Source: Bacillus subtilis subsp. subtilis str. 168 (lineage in GTDB: Bacteria; Bacillota; Bacilli; Bacillales; Bacillaceae). Taken from it: a stretch of 64,000 bases of DNA. The notes beneath the pieces were generated by a model. That model was not told where the DNA came from and searched no databases. It saw only the letters and a list, made by a program, of their open reading frames with translations. This document shows, in pieces, positions 63,143 through 64,000 of this stretch (the first letter of the stretch is position 1; every line of letters starts with the position of its first letter). Location: positions 2,108,001-2,172,000 of the forward strand of contig NC_000964.3 of assembly GCF_000009045.1 (NCBI RefSeq), in the 5' to 3' direction. A program made the position numbers and the translations under genes.

Positions 63143-63357
63143 TCTCCTTTTAAATACGACTTGAAAAACTCACTTAAGTTATCAGCCATAGCTGCAGCAA
63201 CTTCAGAAAAGTATTTATGTCTTTTCTCCTCTGATTTCAAAAACTCAACTGTCGTTTCTGCAATTTCTTTAATCTTGTCTTCTTTGATATTTCCATTCCT
63301 AACACGCTCTTTAATCTCCTCTGTCTCTTTTTTTAGGGACTCTGGGTAACTATCCAA
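63139..63357 (-). CDS. yorV: Phage hypothetical protein
   Basis: 72 aa from TTG 63357 behind GAGGAG. Confidence 0.75.
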   Translation of the reverse strand: MDSYPESLKKETEEIKERVRNGNIKEDKIKEIAETTVEFLKSEEKRHKYFSEVAAAMADNLSEFFKSYLKGE

Positions 63358-63400
63358 TCGATCCACTCCTCTTATTTTATATTTGTTTAAAAGACAAATT

Positions 63401-64000
63401 TTATTCAGATTCTTTATTAACATATGTATGTATTAATTCTTGAAATATAGACTCAAGCACACTAACTGTAATTGAATTACCGGCTTGCTTGTATAATTGT
63501 GAGTTACTTATTCCTGCTGCAAAAGCTTTTTCAAAATCTTCGTCATCAAATGCTTGGAGTCTCCAACATTCTAATGGAGAGAGCTTTCTAATTTTATATT
63601 TTGGGTATTCTCCGATTGCTACACCATGTCGATCAATTGTATTAACCGTGAAAGCCGGTTCTCCGTTTTCTTTAAAACGTCTTCCATTCTGTCTTTTCTC
63701 TTCTCTTTCTGGCGTTAACACTGCCCTTACTTCTTTCTGCTTTTCTGCGATTTTAGGTTCTCTGTGACCGCCGCCCATTGTAGTTAATGTCGGTGAAAGT
63801 CCTTCAGGCGAGTAAACTCTTTTGATGGCATCGTGACCTTTTAAATCCACGTGTCCCACCATTAACGGCTCCCTTACTTCTTGTTTTTGTAGCGGTGCGG
63901 TTCCTAGTTGCTCAACAAGTTTCTTCGTCTTTTCTTCATTTAAGTAATACTTCTCATCAACAAAATCCTCAAGAATTTCTCTCAACCTCTTTGTGACAGT
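63401..64000 (-). CDS. mtbP: Multispecific C5-cytosine DNA methyltransferase, C-terminal part (N-terminus outside the window)
   Basis: Motifs IX/X RKLSPLECWRLQAF and QLYKQAGNSI preceded by SPTLTT and PAFTVNT target-recognition segments. Confidence 0.9.
   Translation of the reverse strand, partial: TVTKRLREILEDFVDEKYYLNEEKTKKLVEQLGTAPLQKQEVREPLMVGHVDLKGHDAIKRVYSPEGLSPTLTTMGGGHREPKIAEKQKEVRAVLTPEREEKRQNGRRFKENGEPAFTVNTIDRHGVAIGEYPKYKIRKLSPLECWRLQAFDDEDFEKAFAAGISNSQLYKQAGNSITVSVLESIFQELIHTYVNKESE

Larger units (their letters stand above)
45684..63404. repeat. Dispersed palindromic family WTAAAA-N6-TTTTAW at phage gene boundaries
   Basis: Exact copies start at 45684, 47269, 49134, 50354, 51728, 59564, 59961, 60896, 62016, 63387; one-mismatch copies at 47040, 58355; degenerate copies at 51220, 61711 (each 18 bp). 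Confidence 0.85.

Overview
This window looks like the Bacillus subtilis 168-type chromosome around the SPbeta insertion. Identification is from recognised protein sequences and gene order; no database search was run. Bases 1-~44,030 are host DNA: odhB'/odhA, yojO-yojN (VWA + MoxR-type AAA+), yojM, cwlS, yojK, cdaS, yojI, rsbRC, bshB2 operon, gerT, yojA/yodA, yodB-yodC, mhqED, yodF, ctpA, ldcB, deoD, pgpB, the kam (yodT-yodP, kamA, yokU) operon, cge spore-crust genes, phy and the 5' half of spsM (yodU). From the 16-bp att core ACAGATAAAGCTGTAT (44031-44046) to the end is one arm of prophage SPbeta: sprB, yot genes, sspC, dUTPase, thioredoxin, nrdI-nrdE-nrdF with two group I introns, an HNH homing endonuclease and an intein, many small yos/yor ORFs, and the 3' end of the methyltransferase mtbP. 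The most striking unexplained structure is a palindrome, WTAAAA-N6-TTTTAW. It occurs 10 times exactly and about 4 times degenerately in the phage arm, and every copy I found is at a gene boundary. Several single genes are bracketed by two copies, suggesting (inference) a site-specific gene-cassette system or a dedicated protein-binding element.
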